A stretch of DNA of 55,903 nt, counting the filler, from Platydemus manokwari (lineage: Eukaryota): NCBI GenBank assembly GCA_037951405.1. It is 5 parts of 5 records of this genome, joined end to end, with 100 filler letters (N's around TTAATTAATTAA, not from the genome) between each part and the next. Parts side by side here need not be neighbours in the genome. Positions count along the whole stretch, not along the records: positions 46,907 to 55,903 come from JBBMOY011316871.1; 4 more parts are not named here. The stretch is one strand, 5' to 3'. This document shows, in pieces, positions 52,611-55,903 of the stretch (positions within the stretch are counted from its first letter, which is position 1; every line of letters begins with the position of its first letter). The position numbers were made by a program, and so were the translations under genes. The notes below the pieces were generated by a model. It did not search any database. It was not told the origin of the DNA and worked only from the letters and a program-made list of their open reading frames with translations.

Positions 52611-54019
52611 TTTTATTAATGAGGATTATAATTATCAACAAATATATCTGATAATTACGGATTTCGTCTATTTATAATTACTTTTTTAAGTTCTTTTTAC
52701 ATTATCCTGATTATTAATAATATTATTAAGAAATTCATCCAAGGTTATATAATGAATATCCGTTATCATGGATTTTATTAATATTTGATAAAATCAATTA
52801 GTTGAGTCGATTGATATGAGCTATGAATCTGGGTTTTTACATTACTGATCGATTCAGTTTCTCGAAATAACGACAGAAAATAATGTTTCTCATCTCAATG
52901 GTGTCTCATCGTTAGGAAAAAATAAACAATACATTTCTTATGCTTGACTGAATTTTAGAAAATGGCATCTCCATCACGGTCATTATTTGCTTCATCGTTG
53001 AAAGAAAATGCTGATGATTTGTCTAGCTGTTCTCTCGAACGTCATTCATTGTTCTGTGATAATAATAAAATGAATTTATTAATTATTTCATAATTAAAAA
53101 CTATTTCGATTAATTGAATATCAATGAATATTAAATTTGTTTTAATTAGCACTTAATTTAAACAAAAATCGATATATTATTTATTTATTAAATTCTAATT
53201 AATGTTAATTAATTATTTAATTAATTTTCCATACAATAAGATATGTTTCCAATTATCATAGACGTATTCATAGATATATTAATTTTAAGTTCCATAACTT
53301 TTGTTTAAATGAGGTGCAGGGAAAGTTAATTAATTCACAAATCGGTGTACGATACATTAAAAGTGAAATGTCAAAACGTAACAATAAAAACATTAATAGT
53401 TGTCATTGACATCAGTTTCCACTGATATTGTTAGTGCCGGAATCTGTGATTGTCGATTTCCTCATTTAAAAGCTACTATTAATATAAACAAATTAATGAA
53501 ATGGTGGCATAATCCAATAACTATTATCCAGTGAATCCATTGTAACATAATTAATTTAGCAGCTATCTGAATTTATATACTGCTGCAAATGTGACGATAG
53601 GTATTTTATGGCTTTATTGAAGTTAATTATTGATTTTACTGCATTTCAATAAAATCTTGCATTATAGGTGCGACCATTTATGCCCTATTTATTAAGAAAT
53701 AAGTACTTTGAGGTACAGATTTAATATAGAAAATATCAAAGTTTATTTGGCACAGGAAATCCATAATTTAATAATATTTTTTTAATTTGTTGAGTGTATT
53801 GCAAAAATCTATGCAGTTTATTTGCAGTTTATTCTTTAAAAACATTTTAAATTTTTTATTTAAGTACTTAAGAATAATTTTATTTTTTTGAAATAAAATA
53901 TTAAATCACTATAGTTTCAAAATCTCCTAAAATTTGATTATTTGAAAAAGAGATCCCAGTACGTCAAAAAGCAATTTATTAAAACTTAGCGAGGACACCT
54001 TTTTTTAACATTAGAAGCT

Positions 54020-54610
54020 AATGGAAAGATATCTAAGTTAATCATTGAGAAGTTTCAGGAACTAGGTATTGGTGTTTTATCTCAAAATAAACATTAATAT
54101 CTATTCAACAGATTTGAAATATAGATCCAAAACCTGTCCATAATGTAATGAAATGAAGATTTCATCCAAATCAATTACATAGTACAGGTGGAGATGCCAC
54201 AAATATAGAAGAAGTTTCGGAATTTGAACAAAAACTTGGTTAAATTACTCGACCTTGTCTCTTTTCGAGATTATGAATAAGATATTTATGGTGCACAGGG
54301 TTCACACAAAAGGTGTATTAGCAAAATGACCTCCATAAGCAAACCAACAATCAGAAAATGGTGACAATCTTTATTAAAATAAAACTAAGAATTATTTGTT
54401 AAGGTACAAAATTTGTAGATTCCACACCCATGAATAAATAGTTTGGCATAGCAAAATAATTGGAGAGCCCTATTTTGGAGGGGTCAAATATAATAGCGAA
54501 CGTCGAAGACATGGTATTTAAGTTTTTGAAAATCTGAAGACTTATAGTATGAAAGATTTGATTCTTATTTATAAAGCGCATCGACTCTAAAAGCCATAAA
54601 CACAAATTAA
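54020..54610 (+). mobile_element. Second decayed Merlin (ISXO2-like) transposase, N-terminal Zn-ribbon/HTH and start of DDE domain
   Basis: KTCP*CNEMKISSKSIT*YRWRCHKYRRSFGI*TKTWLNYSTLSLFEI..ISKPTIRKW, then IIGEPYFGGVKYNSERRRHGI*VF, compared with the Merlin pattern IDES.FG..KYNRGR....WVFG. Confidence 0.75.
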
Positions 54611-55903
54611 ATAGAATTTTTATATTTAAAATGATACTTTTATTTAATTTAACCATGATCCATAATATATGAGTTGTTTTTTTCTTTTTTCAACTAAAAT
54701 TGAATTTTAAGCAAAAATTTCATTAAATTATGATTAAAAATAAATTTTTATATTAAATTATGCACGAAAGTACATTACATTAAAATTCGGTCAAAGGACC
54801 TTTTTCTTAACTTAAGCCACTTTTGATCTGCGAAAACATGCATTGTGATTTGAATATTAAAAACGAAGAAGTTTTAACAACTAACATAATTAAAAAAATA
54901 AATTAACTATTTATGTGTTATGATTAAAATAGGAGATCGGTTTTAAGACTATGTTTTATCCCTATTAGACATCATAAAAAGTGAGATATTATCTGAATTA
55001 TCTGAATAAATCAAACATCACAATTATGTATAAAATCAAGTTATAAAATTATCTTATACGTGAAAATTCGTTATTACTTTTTCTTAACTTAATCCAAATA
55101 AACCATTAAAATTGTCATGTGAAAGGCAATTGTATTAGGGGGTCATGATTTAGTACAATAAAGTGCAATTTACCCTATAAAAATTTGGTTGAAACGCATT
55201 AAATTTGCAAAATAATTCTCTTTTAAAATATGCGCTATTTTATTTACGCCGATTTAATTTTATCCTATTTTTAATTTATAAACAAACGCTTGCAAATATC
55301 CATGCGTGATACTTGATAGATATTTTCCAAATCATCTGAAAAAGAGATTTAATAAATATATACCATCATAGTGTATATTAGATATTTTTCTTGTCATAAC
55401 ATTCTATATAATCAAAATACTAAAACGTTTTTCTTTTATTTCATTAAGACTTCTAAATTTCACATAAACATAATTAATCTATCGTACGATTTACAGTGTG
55501 ATCAGCCAGTCATTATCATAATTATTTATCTATTTGCAAAATGACTCTTACTAACTCATTTCTGGTGCGATACAACCTCATTGATAGCACTAATATATTA
55601 TATGTATTCTGATCAAGCATTGCAGAACTGAAATTTACAAATGAATTCCAATTGGTAAGAATTTATTGCTCTAAAATCTATTTCTATAGGCCCAATAATT
55701 GGCAATAACAATCACAGCACTTTTCAACACAAAACATTGTAGTGTGCACAAACCAAACTGAATAAAAGCGATAACAAAATCTTAAATCAATCAGAATAAT
55801 TAGCAGTTCAATCTTAAATGAAAGTATTAACAATTTTACTTTTAAATTTGTTGATTGTGTGGGTCAATGCAAGAGCTCACAATTCATATTATGACGATGA
55901 AGC

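Noticed and set aside
52364-52619. Poly-Asn and poly-Ile ORFs
   Set aside because: LTR end plus (TAA)n microsatellite.
54399-54656. 85-aa minus-strand ORF
   Set aside because: Lies antisense to the decayed Merlin transposase.

Overview
Very AT-rich eukaryotic scaffold with short (46-56 nt) GT-AG introns, (TAA)n microsatellites and many decayed transposons. This profile suggests an invertebrate such as a triclad flatworm, which is inference only. The window is stitched from contigs: four 100-nt gaps carry a TTAATTAATTAA linker, and there is one plain N gap. Host genes: a complete 6-exon TspanC8-type tetraspanin (13213-14420, -); three paralogues of a small C-type-lectin + PAN/apple protein (one frameshifted, one 5'-truncated, one apparently intact); an orphan terminal CAP-Gly exon (CLIP3/4-like); and an orphan C2-domain exon (synaptotagmin-14/16-like). 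Mobile DNA: hAT/Buster, Merlin, mariner-type ends, two Ty3/Gypsy remnants and a ~1 kb LTR family in three copies. The most interesting element is the LTR copy at 32161-33120. It is preceded by a polypurine tract and a decayed ~1.5 kb intronless ORF encoding a Rex4/ISG20-like DEDDh exonuclease fold, which starts directly after a splice acceptor (env-like ORF3 position). All three LTR copies carry tandem covarying hairpins with YAGTR loops that resemble iron-responsive elements. All protein calls come from manual translation and remembered family motifs, not from database searches.
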